Part shown: in pieces, positions 51,380-60,080 of the stretch
Position numbering within the stretch: the stretch's first letter is position 1
How the letters are laid out: each line of letters opens with the position of its first letter
Source: a virus
Taxonomy: Duplodnaviria > Caudoviricetes
Strand: one strand, 5' to 3'
Virus record (IMG/VR): IMGVR_UViG_3300042549_006840
Span: 1,622-65,621 of that record
Length of the DNA: 64,000 bases
Notes under the pieces: generated by a model
Told to the model about the DNA's origin: nothing
The model's database searches: none
Seen by the model: only the letters and a program-made list of their open reading frames with translations
Translations under genes and position numbers: made by a program

Positions 51380-52000
51380 ATGGGAGAAGAAATTAAAGAC
51401 GTCAATGCTAAGATTGACGAAGCGCAAGCTGCTGTAAAACAATATGCGAGCAAGGACACTGTAATCAGTATCGGTGGATACGAGTTCACACCTGCAAAGC
51501 TAATGATTGCTTTCACAATTGTATCTTCTGTGCTCGGTGGTCTTTACGGCACATTTGAAGTGTACAAAGACTACATTGGAATGAAGAAGAAGATTGCTTC
51601 TTACGAAGCTCCGGACTTATCAGGGTTCGATAAACGCTTGGCTGTTATTGAAGAAAACAGTGGCAAGACTAGTGATTACACTCGTGACATTAAAAATGAC
51701 TTGAAGAATGATATTCGCCGTAATGAAAGTGTTACGGAACAAGTAGAACGTAGCGTTAAAACAGCCCAACGTGAAACTGAAGCCGAGATGCGACAAGCTC
51801 GTAAAGATGTGCGTGAGGACTTGGATAAGGCTCGTGGAGAAGTAAATGCTATCCGCAAGGAAATGGCTGATGCTCGTAGAGAAATTGCAAGAGAGGTGGA
51901 AGTATTAAAGCGTGATACTTCAAAAGAAGTGGAAGTATTGAAACGGGAAGTGGATAGCAAGATTCAGAAGGCTATCGATAACCCATTAGCGAACAAGTAA
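51380..52000 (+). CDS. Membrane-anchored coiled-coil protein
   Basis: One TM helix followed by a long coiled coil ending DNPLANK. Confidence 0.7.
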   Translation: MGEEIKDVNAKIDEAQAAVKQYASKDTVISIGGYEFTPAKLMIAFTIVSSVLGGLYGTFEVYKDYIGMKKKIASYEAPDLSGFDKRLAVIEENSGKTSDYTRDIKNDLKNDIRRNESVTEQVERSVKTAQRETEAEMRQARKDVREDLDKARGEVNAIRKEMADARREIAREVEVLKRDTSKEVEVLKREVDSKIQKAIDNPLANK

Positions 52001-52137
52001 TGTTCGGTACTGCTCTCGCCATCTATATGTACGTCAAGCAACCTGAGTGCATTAGATGGACTTGGAGCGGAGATGTCTATAATAGAAAAGTGATTTGCTT
52101 GGAGTGGCGTAAAAAAGAACCAGAAAAGAAAAAGTAA
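52000..52137 (+). CDS. Small hypothetical protein
   Basis: MFGTALAIYMYVKQPECIRWTWSGDVYNRKVICLEWRKKEPEKKK; TAATG coupling at both ends. Confidence 0.65.
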   Translation: MFGTALAIYMYVKQPECIRWTWSGDVYNRKVICLEWRKKEPEKKK

Positions 52138-52613
52138 TGATCGATCCAGTATCAATTGGTATTGCTTTTGCTGTTGCTCAAAAATCTGTTGGCTACATTA
52201 AACAGGCTATTGCCCTTGGTAAGGATGTCAATAGTCTATACGGTCAATTTGCAAGGTTTTTTGAAAATAGTGATGTCGTTCATTCTACAAGCTCGAAGAT
52301 ATCGTCAGGTGAATTAACTGACGGACAAATAAGATCCCTATCTATTCAAATAGCAATGCAGAGTAAAGCATTGAGAGATGCTGAAAAAGATCTTAAAGAG
52401 ATGCTGATATATACAGGCAATAGTGACGTTTGGGACGAGATGATGCGAGAGCGGGTCAGGATGTATAAAGAGCGTGCAGCGGCAGAAAAAAAGCGAAAAG
52501 AAACAATTGCTAAAGCCCATGCTGATATGGTCGACCGAGTATTAATGGGTATAAGTGCATTGGCGATAGGTGTACCTATTATGCTTGCTAGTTTCACAAT
52601 AATTGTTAGATAA
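52137..52613 (+). CDS. Hypothetical membrane protein
   Basis: MIDPVS start, coiled coil and C-terminal TM helix. Confidence 0.65.
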   Translation: MIDPVSIGIAFAVAQKSVGYIKQAIALGKDVNSLYGQFARFFENSDVVHSTSSKISSGELTDGQIRSLSIQIAMQSKALRDAEKDLKEMLIYTGNSDVWDEMMRERVRMYKERAAAEKKRKETIAKAHADMVDRVLMGISALAIGVPIMLASFTIIVR

Positions 52614-52625
52614 CAAGGAGTAGTT

Positions 52626-53174
52626 ATGACAGAAGAGAAAAAGCCTCTTAGTAGAAGCGAAAGAGAAGCACAAATTAAAGACAAAGCAGGATGGCTTATT
52701 ACCGTACTGGCTGCTTTGTTGGCCATTAATACTTACATTGCTTCTGGCAATAGTTCTAAGGTTTTGAATAATACAATTAAAGCTAATGACACGTGGGCAT
52801 TCTACCAAGCAAAGTCTATTAAGCAGACACTGGCTGAAATGGCTAGAGATGATGCTGTTGAGAGAAAGCAGTTTGATAAAGCAGATAAATTAACTGCTAA
52901 AATTAATCGTTACGAATCAGAACCAGCTACAGGTGAAGGTAAGAAAGAATTGTTTGCTAAAGCCAAAGCATTAGAAGCTGAGCGTGACCAAGTTCGTAAA
53001 TCTGGTCCTTGGATGACATTTGCAGGATCGGGTTTTCAGATTGCCATTGTACTATTATCTGCTAGTATTTTAGCTGTTGCACCTGCTTTGTTTACAGCAA
53101 GTGTTATAGTTGGTGCGTTGTCTGCGTTGTTGATGAGCCAAGGAATTTGGCTCTGGTTGCCGTTAAGTATATAA
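52626..53174 (+). CDS. DUF4337-like membrane protein
   Basis: ANDTWAFYQAKSIKQ and QIAIVLLSASIL motifs. Confidence 0.75.
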   Translation: MTEEKKPLSRSEREAQIKDKAGWLITVLAALLAINTYIASGNSSKVLNNTIKANDTWAFYQAKSIKQTLAEMARDDAVERKQFDKADKLTAKINRYESEPATGEGKKELFAKAKALEAERDQVRKSGPWMTFAGSGFQIAIVLLSASILAVAPALFTASVIVGALSALLMSQGIWLWLPLSI

Positions 53175-53870
53175 AGCAATAAATTCTGCTTCAGGTATTC
53201 TGACTTTACCGTCCTTACTACCAAGCAGAATTACAATACGGCGACCAACGTTGGTATCCAACATCATCACAATGCAACCGCCAGCCGCATTTGTTGTTCC
53301 AGTCTTGCTAATAATAAAGTTATGACGCTTTCCAACAATTGGATTTGTGTTGTTAAAGTGCAGGGTCTTTTTACCAACCTTTATGCTTAAAACAGGTGTC
53401 TGGCTAGCCTTGACTATCTCTGGATAGTTACTCGCCTCAAACACAAGACTGAGCAGATCTAGAGCTGTACTAATGTTCATCGGACTTAGTCCAGTAGGTT
53501 CGACAAACTTAGTCCTGAGCATTCCAAGACTATGTGCCTTCTCGTTCATGTATTTGACGCATTTAAACTTACCGCCAGGGAAGTTATCACAAAGAGCTTT
53601 AGCTGCATCGTTATCGGACTTAACCAAAGCAAGTTGAATCAATTGCTCACGAGTGTACTTACCAATCTTCTCTTGCATGTTCGGCTCGTTGTCAAGAACA
53701 GCAATAACTGTCATCAACTTTGTGATACTTGCAATCGACCTAACTTCTGTAATGTTAGACCCTTCAATTAGATTGCCTTGATCATCAGTCTCCAACCAAC
53801 TATGTGCTGTGATGTTCATTGCAAAGGCATTGCTACACAGAAGGCATAAAGTCAGAATTATCTTTTTCAT
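53163..53870 (-). CDS. D-Ala-D-Ala carboxypeptidase/endopeptidase (peptidase S11)
   Basis: Signal peptide, SITK (SxxK), SDN (SxN) and KTG motifs. Confidence 0.9.
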   Translation of the reverse strand: MKKIILTLCLLCSNAFAMNITAHSWLETDDQGNLIEGSNITEVRSIASITKLMTVIAVLDNEPNMQEKIGKYTREQLIQLALVKSDNDAAKALCDNFPGGKFKCVKYMNEKAHSLGMLRTKFVEPTGLSPMNISTALDLLSLVFEASNYPEIVKASQTPVLSIKVGKKTLHFNNTNPIVGKRHNFIISKTGTTNAAGGCIVMMLDTNVGRRIVILLGSKDGKVRIPEAEFIALYT

Positions 53871-54178
53871 TTAAACACCAACAATGAGAGAAGGATCGAA
53901 TGAACGACAAAGCCAAAACCAATTGTTACGATGTTAATCATGTCTTTGAGGATTGCTGCTCGAACAAAGAACAAAGCTAAACCACCGTAAACAAACAATA
54001 CCATATCAATAGGAGGAAGCTTGTCATTGAAGCCTGTCATTACTGATAAGATTGTAGGAATGGTACAGGCGTGAATAAGGATCAAACCAATCCAAGATAA
54101 TGTCTCAGCAGTCGTGACTGTTAAACGTGTTTTGCAGAATGTAATAAACTGATGAATGTATTTGTCAAACTGTTCCAT
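53867..54178 (-). CDS. Small three-TM membrane protein (PQ-loop/SemiSWEET-like pattern)
   Basis: Three hydrophobic helices, with a Pro after TM1 (TIPTIL). Confidence 0.55.
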   Translation of the reverse strand: MEQFDKYIHQFITFCKTRLTVTTAETLSWIGLILIHACTIPTILSVMTGFNDKLPPIDMVLFVYGGLALFFVRAAILKDMINIVTIGFGFVVHSILLSLLVFK

Positions 54179-54180
54179 GA

Positions 54181-54714
54181 TTATTCCTTATAAAAAATGT
54201 GACGGCCAATCTTTGCTACTTTCTCTTTCTTCCAACCTGGATTAACATAGTCGGCATGATAGAACATCGCCTCCTTTAGTCCATCCAATCTGAAGTCTTC
54301 TAGTAGAACCTTTTTTGCTGCTGCAACAGATTCAGTGTAGTTAGGGCCATGGACTGGTTTCATCTTCCCAGCATTCTCGCAGTACCAGCTGAACTGGCAT
54401 ACGACCTTTTCCATGAATACGTTCTTTTGGTAAACTACCTTGCAAACGTCTGAGGGGAATTTGCCTGACTCAGCACGGTTGAGTGTTACCTGAGCTACAG
54501 CAACTTTACCTTCAAAAGGTTCTGAGCCTGCTTCGTAGTAAATGTTCTTAGAGAGACAATCTAACTGGCGCTCTCTCTCAGACGATGTCATTGAAGACAC
54601 ATTTACCTTGGTGTGTTTAAAATACTCAATCTTGTTGATGCTTACTTGTGTAATGATTGAGAGGACAAAAAATGCTCCCACTACAAACATAATGGGCTTC
54701 AAAAGTTTTTCCAT
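54181..54714 (-). CDS. Cell wall hydrolase, SleB family
   Basis: CLSKNIYYEAGSEP.EGKVAVAQVTLNR, CQFSW, FYHADYVNPGW and IGRHIFY. Confidence 0.92.
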   Translation of the reverse strand: MEKLLKPIMFVVGAFFVLSIITQVSINKIEYFKHTKVNVSSMTSSERERQLDCLSKNIYYEAGSEPFEGKVAVAQVTLNRAESGKFPSDVCKVVYQKNVFMEKVVCQFSWYCENAGKMKPVHGPNYTESVAAAKKVLLEDFRLDGLKEAMFYHADYVNPGWKKEKVAKIGRHIFYKE

Positions 54715-54730
54715 GATATCTCCTTATTGA

Positions 54731-55045
54731 GATGGGTTATTCTGTTACGAGGAAACCCATCGAAACCCTAGTCAGCGTTTAGGCTGCCAATGCGAAACGT
54801 TCATCGTTTGCAGTTACTTTGATTTGCTTTTAACGTCTACTCCTGACGAGTTGTCCACTTCTGTACTTGTAGCCCTGTCGAAACCATGTCAGGCCCATCA
54901 AAAGTATACTGGTTTAGATTATATGGATGTCCGTGATCCCTTAGTCATCTTCATTATCGCACGGCGCAGACCATTATACTTTTGGTGGACCTGGCGGAAA
55001 TCGAATCCGCGTCCAGAACTCTTTTCTAGTTACTTCGTACAACTA
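54731..55045 (-). ncRNA. ssrA: Circularly permuted (two-piece) tmRNA, tag ANDERFALAA
   Basis: The T-arm and CAGGTCCACCA end (ending at 54983) precede the 5' GGGCCTGAC...TTCGAC (starting at 54896); G3:U70 pair present; tag frame 54811-54779. Outer ends are approximate. Confidence 0.9.
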
Positions 55046-55053
55046 TAACATGG

Positions 55054-55386
55054 CTAAACATCTAGCCATGGCTTATATTTATTGATTCGTGGGCTAGAAG
55101 CGATTAAAACCAGCCAAGAACGCTTTCCAACCACGGTATCGACATAGTCCATCGGAACTGCGTGCACTCCTCTCTTATCGAAGTATTCACGGATGAAGTC
55201 CTTATGTTCTTCTACCCAACGATCAAACTTATACGACTTCTGATAGAATCGGAAGTGCTTAGTCTCAATAGTGTGCCAAAGCAGATTCAATGTACTAAGG
55301 ATACTGCCTTGCCAAAGAACAATATCCCCTGGGTACGACTCATCAGGCGTCAAGTTCTTCTTGATAATCTTCTTGGTACTCATCAT
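55054..55386 (-). CDS. Hypothetical protein
   Basis: ORF with start placed at MMSTKK. Confidence 0.5.
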   Translation of the reverse strand: MMSTKKIIKKNLTPDESYPGDIVLWQGSILSTLNLLWHTIETKHFRFYQKSYKFDRWVEEHKDFIREYFDKRGVHAVPMDYVDTVVGKRSWLVLIASSPRINKYKPWLDV

Positions 55387-55768
55387 AGTCCCCTTTTGTT
55401 TGGATTTCAATATCACCAAAAGTGATTAAGCCATCATTATACCCGACTTCAAAAGGACTGTCAAATGTGACCAAGTTGATGTATTCACTGGCACTGGTGT
55501 GTTTGTCAACCATTGCAACAGGGACGCAAGAGATGCAACCAGCATCAACGCCATACTCAAAACCAAACCCGTCACGATAACAACCGTCCCCATAAGCAGT
55601 ACTAAACACAGCAAAAGGAAGTTTGGTGACACTATCGATAAAAATGTTACCACGATCAGGAAGGCGATAACCGAAAAAATCAGTTTCTTCAAGAAGTCGG
55701 TCATACTTTTCGTCTCGGATAATGTAACATGGGTCAGCAATAAAATAGGTTCCAGCAGGTAAGCGCAT
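55343..55768 (-). CDS. Conserved phage hypothetical protein
   Basis: MRLPAGTYFIADPCY..TAYGDGCY..VDAGCI with an AGGAG RBS. Confidence 0.7.
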   Translation of the reverse strand: MRLPAGTYFIADPCYIIRDEKYDRLLEETDFFGYRLPDRGNIFIDSVTKLPFAVFSTAYGDGCYRDGFGFEYGVDAGCISCVPVAMVDKHTSASEYINLVTFDSPFEVGYNDGLITFGDIEIQTKGDYDEYQEDYQEELDA

Positions 55769-55778
55769 ATCGTTCTCC

Positions 55779-56729
55779 TTAAGCGGCTTCAGCAAATTCA
55801 ATAGCAGTCTCAAGAGCTTTGATCTTGAGGTTCTTGTTTGCACCAAACCAAGCTGATTGCAAACGTGTATCAGCAGTCTTACCAATCTTGTGATCAGTCA
55901 AGTACGTAACAGCATTGAATGCTTGCCACCAAGATCCCTCAGCATAGTTTGCACCAGGTTGTGTGTTAATAACTTCCAAAGCACGAGTAGCACTTTTTGA
56001 TAACTCTTTGCGTTGAGGACCCTTCTCTTTGTTGTAAACCAGGACTGGAAACACTTCTTTGAAGTACTCAGCCAGTTTGTCCTGTGTATACCGCTTTGAG
56101 CCAAGGAAACTAGCCATTTCTTTGTACTTGGCGAGCTTCTCAGTAGCTATTCCTAGTTGCTCTTTTACCTGGGAAGGATCAAAGACAGTTCTATGGTTCT
56201 TTTTGACGACACGTTCGGAGTGCTCCTTTAGTGCTAACGTCAAAGTATTGTTACAAACAACACGGATCGGTGTAAAGCGAACATCGATACACTGACCAAA
56301 CTTATGAGGATTTGTAAACAGAAGATATGAATCGACTTGGTCGCCTTTGAACAACTCAAACGAATCTTTTACTTTAGCGAGAGCCCAAACGATTTGACCA
56401 TCGCGGAGTGAACCAGCAGTGTTCATCTCCATATCACCAGCATCGCAGTATTCTGAAAAGAATTGGAATGCTTCGTGATTCTGTACTGGGTTCCAATCAC
56501 TGGAAACCACATCGAGTACTTTGTTATCGGTAGAACGAACAAGAGCAGAGACGCCCACGTTAACACTCTTACCATCAATTTTAGAGAATGCAGGAATCTT
56601 GTCTACTGTCCAGTCAAGATCTGCGGCTTTCAGCATCTGCTCGGGAGATAAGTCTGCAGGGACTTTCTTACCCAAACTGTGCCAGGGAGTTTCGCCAGTG
56701 TAAGCCATTGTTTCAATCATATGTGCCAT
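55779..56729 (-). CDS. DUF932 family protein
   Basis: MAH.IETMAY.GETPWH.LG, PVQN.EAF, TPIRVVCNNTL and WQAFNAVT. Confidence 0.88.
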   Translation of the reverse strand: MAHMIETMAYTGETPWHSLGKKVPADLSPEQMLKAADLDWTVDKIPAFSKIDGKSVNVGVSALVRSTDNKVLDVVSSDWNPVQNHEAFQFFSEYCDAGDMEMNTAGSLRDGQIVWALAKVKDSFELFKGDQVDSYLLFTNPHKFGQCIDVRFTPIRVVCNNTLTLALKEHSERVVKKNHRTVFDPSQVKEQLGIATEKLAKYKEMASFLGSKRYTQDKLAEYFKEVFPVLVYNKEKGPQRKELSKSATRALEVINTQPGANYAEGSWWQAFNAVTYLTDHKIGKTADTRLQSAWFGANKNLKIKALETAIEFAEAA

Positions 56730-56761
56730 AATGTATGTCCTTAATTAGTTGCGGTAGGTCT

Positions 56762-56790
56762 ATTATAACGTGTTTCCGAGAAACAGTCAA
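56762..56790 (-). promoter_or_regulatory. Sigma70-type early promoter
   Basis: TTGACT-17 nt-TATAAT. Confidence 0.8.
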
Positions 56791-56806
56791 CAGTTATTTT
56801 GGTAGG

Positions 56807-57076
56807 TCAAACACCTAAACCCATCCCTGCGAGGATGAAGTTCTGAGCCTTTGTAAGGATGAATTCCTTACTAGCAGTAGGCTTATTCATTTGGTCAATA
56901 ATAGCCAGTTTCATGGGTTGCTTGCCGCCCCCAGCCATAATGACTCCCTCTGCAAAGATCTTGAAGTCTTCTTTGTTCATAGTGCTGAATGCATTGTACA
57001 GCTCTTTGAGAGCGTCATTGCCCAACGTATCGTTTTGCAGACGTGGCTTGGAGGAGGTTTGAGTCTTCAATTGCAT
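56807..57076 (-). CDS. Hypothetical early protein
   Basis: ORF from MQLKTQ to NFILAGMGLGV. Confidence 0.6.
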   Translation of the reverse strand: MQLKTQTSSKPRLQNDTLGNDALKELYNAFSTMNKEDFKIFAEGVIMAGGGKQPMKLAIIDQMNKPTASKEFILTKAQNFILAGMGLGV

Positions 57077-57077
57077 T

Positions 57078-57266
57078 TCAAGACTCACTCTCTTCACTGA
57101 GGATGAATTGAACTACTTCGTATGCATCGTCACCGAATTCGTTGAGTACCAAATCCATGATGCGGTCATTGGAAACACCAGATGTAATCAGATCGTAAGT
57201 CATTGAGCTGATCTCGTGCTCGATGTTCTGATCCATCATAAGGTAGTGTTGCTTTGTTCTAAACAT
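57078..57266 (-). CDS. Hypothetical early protein
   Basis: 62-aa acidic ORF directly after a promoter. Confidence 0.55.
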   Translation of the reverse strand: MFRTKQHYLMMDQNIEHEISSMTYDLITSGVSNDRIMDLVLNEFGDDAYEVVQFILSEESES

Positions 57267-57293
57267 ATTGATCCCTTTTGTTTGTGGTAAACG

Positions 57294-57322
57294 ATTATAC
57301 CATGAGACCGAAAAAAAGGCAA
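57294..57322 (-). promoter_or_regulatory. Sigma70-type early promoter
   Basis: TTGCCT-17 nt-TATAAT. Confidence 0.75.
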
Positions 57323-57325
57323 CTT

Positions 57326-57970
57326 TTAGTTTTTTACACTTGTTAAATTTAAAACAGTTTCACCGTTATCACCAAAAAGAGTGGAGCAGGGGAAGTAGCT
57401 AACAACCAAAGAAGACCTCAACAAATCAGAGGTATTTTTTTGAACAAAGTGGTAGCATGTTGATGGAAATATAAGAAGGTCTAATTCTTCCGGAATAACA
57501 ATATACATTGCAGAATTAAAAACATTTCTTTCTGTGTAATTTAATATAATTTCTCTACTAATAGGTGAATGAGAAAAGGATTGATCAAAAACAATGCCAC
57601 CTGAGTTTGGAGGCACTTTTAAATACAATACACAACTGAATAAACTGTTGTCATGTTTGTGTGTTTGGGCATAGTCACCAGGATAATGGTAATTAACAAA
57701 AGATCCAACAATAGAAAATTTTATCTCTGGATCAATTTTTAAAATATCATATGCATATTGATAAAATTTTTCATCTATCTGTGATTTTAAAGAAGACATC
57801 TGATTATGTTCCAAAAGATTACTACCGTTGGATCTATAACCGTTAGATGCTCCATACCTTCTTTTTTCTAAATTATTTACAAAGTCAATTTCTTTTTGTT
57901 CAATGAAATCTATTTTAGTTTTCATTAAAGGATAAGAAAACAACGGAATCATGTAATTTTCATTATGCAT
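57326..57970 (-). CDS. Putative 2OG-Fe(II) oxygenase (TIGR02466-like)
   Basis: PLFSYP, HKH, SCVLYL, LLIFPS..YH.V and R.S; AT-rich. Confidence 0.78.
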   Translation of the reverse strand: MHNENYMIPLFSYPLMKTKIDFIEQKEIDFVNNLEKRRYGASNGYRSNGSNLLEHNQMSSLKSQIDEKFYQYAYDILKIDPEIKFSIVGSFVNYHYPGDYAQTHKHDNSLFSCVLYLKVPPNSGGIVFDQSFSHSPISREIILNYTERNVFNSAMYIVIPEELDLLIFPSTCYHFVQKNTSDLLRSSLVVSYFPCSTLFGDNGETVLNLTSVKN

Positions 57971-57971
57971 G

Positions 57972-58160
57972 TCAGACCTCAGAAAAGCCTTCAGAATCAA
58001 ATATAAAGTATTCGTGAAGCTGGTTTAGTATTTCATTTTCAACATTTTCAGCAATCACTTCACGAGAAGGATTGTCATCATGTTTGTACGAACGGTTCAA
58101 TCCAAATTGGATTCCACGCTCAATACAGTCGGTGAGGATAGGGTAAAACTTAGGTTTCAT
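57972..58160 (-). CDS. Hypothetical protein
   Basis: CIERGIQFGLNRSYKH.DNP ORF. Confidence 0.6.
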   Translation of the reverse strand: MKPKFYPILTDCIERGIQFGLNRSYKHDDNPSREVIAENVENEILNQLHEYFIFDSEGFSEV

Positions 58161-58170
58161 ATTTTCTTTC

Positions 58171-58260
58171 TGGTGGAACGACTGAGACTCGAACTCAGAT
58201 ACCTGCTTTCACAAGTCGACGGCTTAGCAAGCCGCTCCAATACCGTTATGGGACCGTTCC
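58171..58260 (-). tRNA. trnS: tRNA-Ser(GCT)
   Basis: Cloverleaf, loop TTGCTAA, long variable arm, encoded CCA. Confidence 0.9.
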
Positions 58261-58267
58261 ATTATAC

Positions 58268-58462
58268 TCAGCTTTTGTTTTCAAACAACATTTGCGGACC
58301 TTGGTCTAAACATTCTTCTGTTGATAGAACATCTTGGTATTCATTTTTGAATACTGCTTCATCAAACTTTTGAAGGTCTCTACCAAAAATGGCATCCCAT
58401 CTGTTATTGTACTCTTCTTGAGTTACACTGTATGGACGTGGCTTACTTCCTTTACCTGACAT
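58268..58462 (-). CDS. Small hypothetical protein
   Basis: MSGKGSKPRPYSV...NRWDAIFG, a recurrent small phage ORF type; AGGA RBS. Confidence 0.65.
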   Translation of the reverse strand: MSGKGSKPRPYSVTQEEYNNRWDAIFGRDLQKFDEAVFKNEYQDVLSTEECLDQGPQMLFENKS

Positions 58463-58482
58463 AACAATTCCTTTAATAATAT

Positions 58483-58574
58483 TGGCGGAAAGCAGAGGAG
58501 TTGAACCCCATCCCATTTCTGAGAACCTGGTTTTCAAGGCCAGTCGCAGGACCAACCCCGCTGCATTACTTTCC
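58483..58574 (-). tRNA. trnS: tRNA-Ser(TGA)
   Basis: Loop CTTGAAA, long variable arm, GCCA end. Confidence 0.88.
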
Positions 58575-58581
58575 ATATGTA

Positions 58582-58656
58582 TGGTGCCGAAGAAAGGATT
58601 TGAACCCTCAACCTTCGCTTTACAAGAGCGCTGCACTACCATTGTGCTACTTCGGC
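58582..58656 (-). tRNA. trnT: tRNA-Thr(TGT)
   Basis: Loop CTTGTAA, ACCA end. Confidence 0.9.
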
Positions 58657-58663
58657 TAAATTA

Positions 58664-58738
58664 TGGCATCCCCCAAGAGACTCGAACTCTTTCTACACGG
58701 TTTTGGAGACCGGCGTGCTGCCATTACACTAGGGAGAA
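58664..58738 (-). tRNA. trnW: tRNA-Trp(CCA)
   Basis: Loop CTCCAAA, GCCA end. Confidence 0.87.
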
Positions 58739-58744
58739 ACAAAT

Positions 58745-58821
58745 TGGACCGTCTGGAGGAACTCGAATCCCCAACCACTTATTTCGTAGACAAGCGCTCT
58801 AATCCATTGAGCTACAGACGG
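58745..58821 (-). tRNA. trnR: tRNA-Arg(ACG)
   Basis: Loop CTACGAA, acceptor CCGTCTG/CAGACGG. Confidence 0.9.
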
Positions 58822-58827
58822 ATATAT

Positions 58828-58902
58828 TGGTACCTGGTGACAGTTTCGAACTGCCGACCCGCTGCGTGTAAAGCAGCCGCTCTACCACTGAGCTAACCAG
58901 GC
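58828..58902 (-). tRNA. trnV: tRNA-Val(TAC)
   Basis: Loop TTTACAC, ACCA end. Confidence 0.92.
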
Positions 58903-58903
58903 A

Positions 58904-58978
58904 TGGTGGATGAAGGTGGATTCGAACCACCGACCTGCGCCGTATGAAGACGTTGCACTACCGCTGTGCTATTCATCC
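58904..58978 (-). tRNA. tRNA with CAT anticodon (elongator Met or Ile2)
   Basis: Loop TTCATAC, acceptor GGATGAA/TTCATCC. Confidence 0.85.
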
Positions 58979-58979
58979 A

Positions 58980-59053
58980 TGGAGCGGGTAGCGAGAATCG
59001 AACTCGCAAATAAACCTTGGCAAGGTTTCAGGTTACCTTTACATCATACCCGC
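58980..59053 (-). tRNA. trnG: tRNA-Gly(GCC)
   Basis: Loop TTGCCAA, GCG/CGC acceptor, U73. Confidence 0.9.
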
Positions 59054-59713
59054 TTCATTAATATCCAAATAAAAATTAATGATAACAGCTATTCTAAAAT
59101 CATTACTGGTATTAACCGTATCCCCAACCTCGTGCTTTAAATATGAAGGGAATATAATCATATGATCGTCCTTTGGTATGTATTCACAAGATGGACTAAA
59201 AGCTGAAAGACTCAAGCAATCGTTAGAAATAACATTTTCATAAAAAGTTTCATAAAAATTATTTAAATACTGCCCAAAAATCAAAGGATTTTGAAAAATA
59301 AGTTTTTTATTATTTTTTCCTACGCTAAGATAATGAACTGCAGAAAAGAAAGCGCGGCCATCACCAGTATGGTGATGGCTAACCATATTCCCCTCATCTC
59401 CTTTAAAAACTGTCAAATTTACAATTTTAAATGAATATTGGACTTTCTTTTTAAAATTAAAATTCAATAAAAAATCATCAAATAATGTTTTGTAAACAGG
59501 TAGTAGAGAAGATAAATCTATTTTTATGAAATCGGAATTATTCCAGTCTTTGTAATAGTGATGTAGAACAGAGTCTTCACTCCATGAGTTTCTTAGAGGT
59601 TTTATTTTATAATTTTGAATAGCCGTTTTCACAATATTTGATTTATCATAATGGTTCGGATCAATTGTTAATGAATATAAAGTAGTCGGAAACAGATTTG
59701 TTTTTTGAAACAT
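59039..59713 (-). CDS. Putative 2OG-Fe(II) oxygenase (TIGR02466-like)
   Basis: LFPT, HHH, SAVHYL, IIFPSYLKHEV and RIAVIINF; very AT-rich; stop codon lies inside tRNA-Gly. Confidence 0.78.
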   Translation of the reverse strand: MFQKTNLFPTTLYSLTIDPNHYDKSNIVKTAIQNYKIKPLRNSWSEDSVLHHYYKDWNNSDFIKIDLSSLLPVYKTLFDDFLLNFNFKKKVQYSFKIVNLTVFKGDEGNMVSHHHTGDGRAFFSAVHYLSVGKNNKKLIFQNPLIFGQYLNNFYETFYENVISNDCLSLSAFSPSCEYIPKDDHMIIFPSYLKHEVGDTVNTSNDFRIAVIINFYLDINEAGMM

Positions 59714-59732
59714 AAAATACCTTAAAAATAAA

Positions 59733-59817
59733 TGGTGCCCCCCAAGAGACTCGAACTCTCACACCTTTCGATACTGGAATCTAAATCCAGCGCGGCTACC
59801 GATTACGCCAAAGGGGC
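59733..59817 (-). tRNA. trnL: tRNA-Leu(TAG)
   Basis: Loop TTTAGAT, long variable arm. Confidence 0.9.
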
Positions 59818-59825
59818 AAATATTT

Positions 59826-59901
59826 TGGGCAGAAGTATGGGAATCGAACCCATATTAACGGAATCACAATCCGTGGTGTTAACCTTTACACTAACAACTG
59901 C
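59826..59901 (-). tRNA. trnH: tRNA-His(GTG)
   Basis: Loop TTGTGAT, G-1:C73; two U:U mismatches in the acceptor stem. Confidence 0.85.
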
Positions 59902-60080
59902 ATAGAATCATAGGATGGCACACCAGGGAATCGAACCCCATTGCTAGCTTGTTCCAAACGACCGGTGCGACCGGCGGTGTGACATCCAATGACACCATAT
60001 AAAAACACACTGACGCAATCTAACGGTTATTGTCGTTTAAGTACTCTTGTCCGAAGTACGGTACTCAATGTGCTTTTATA

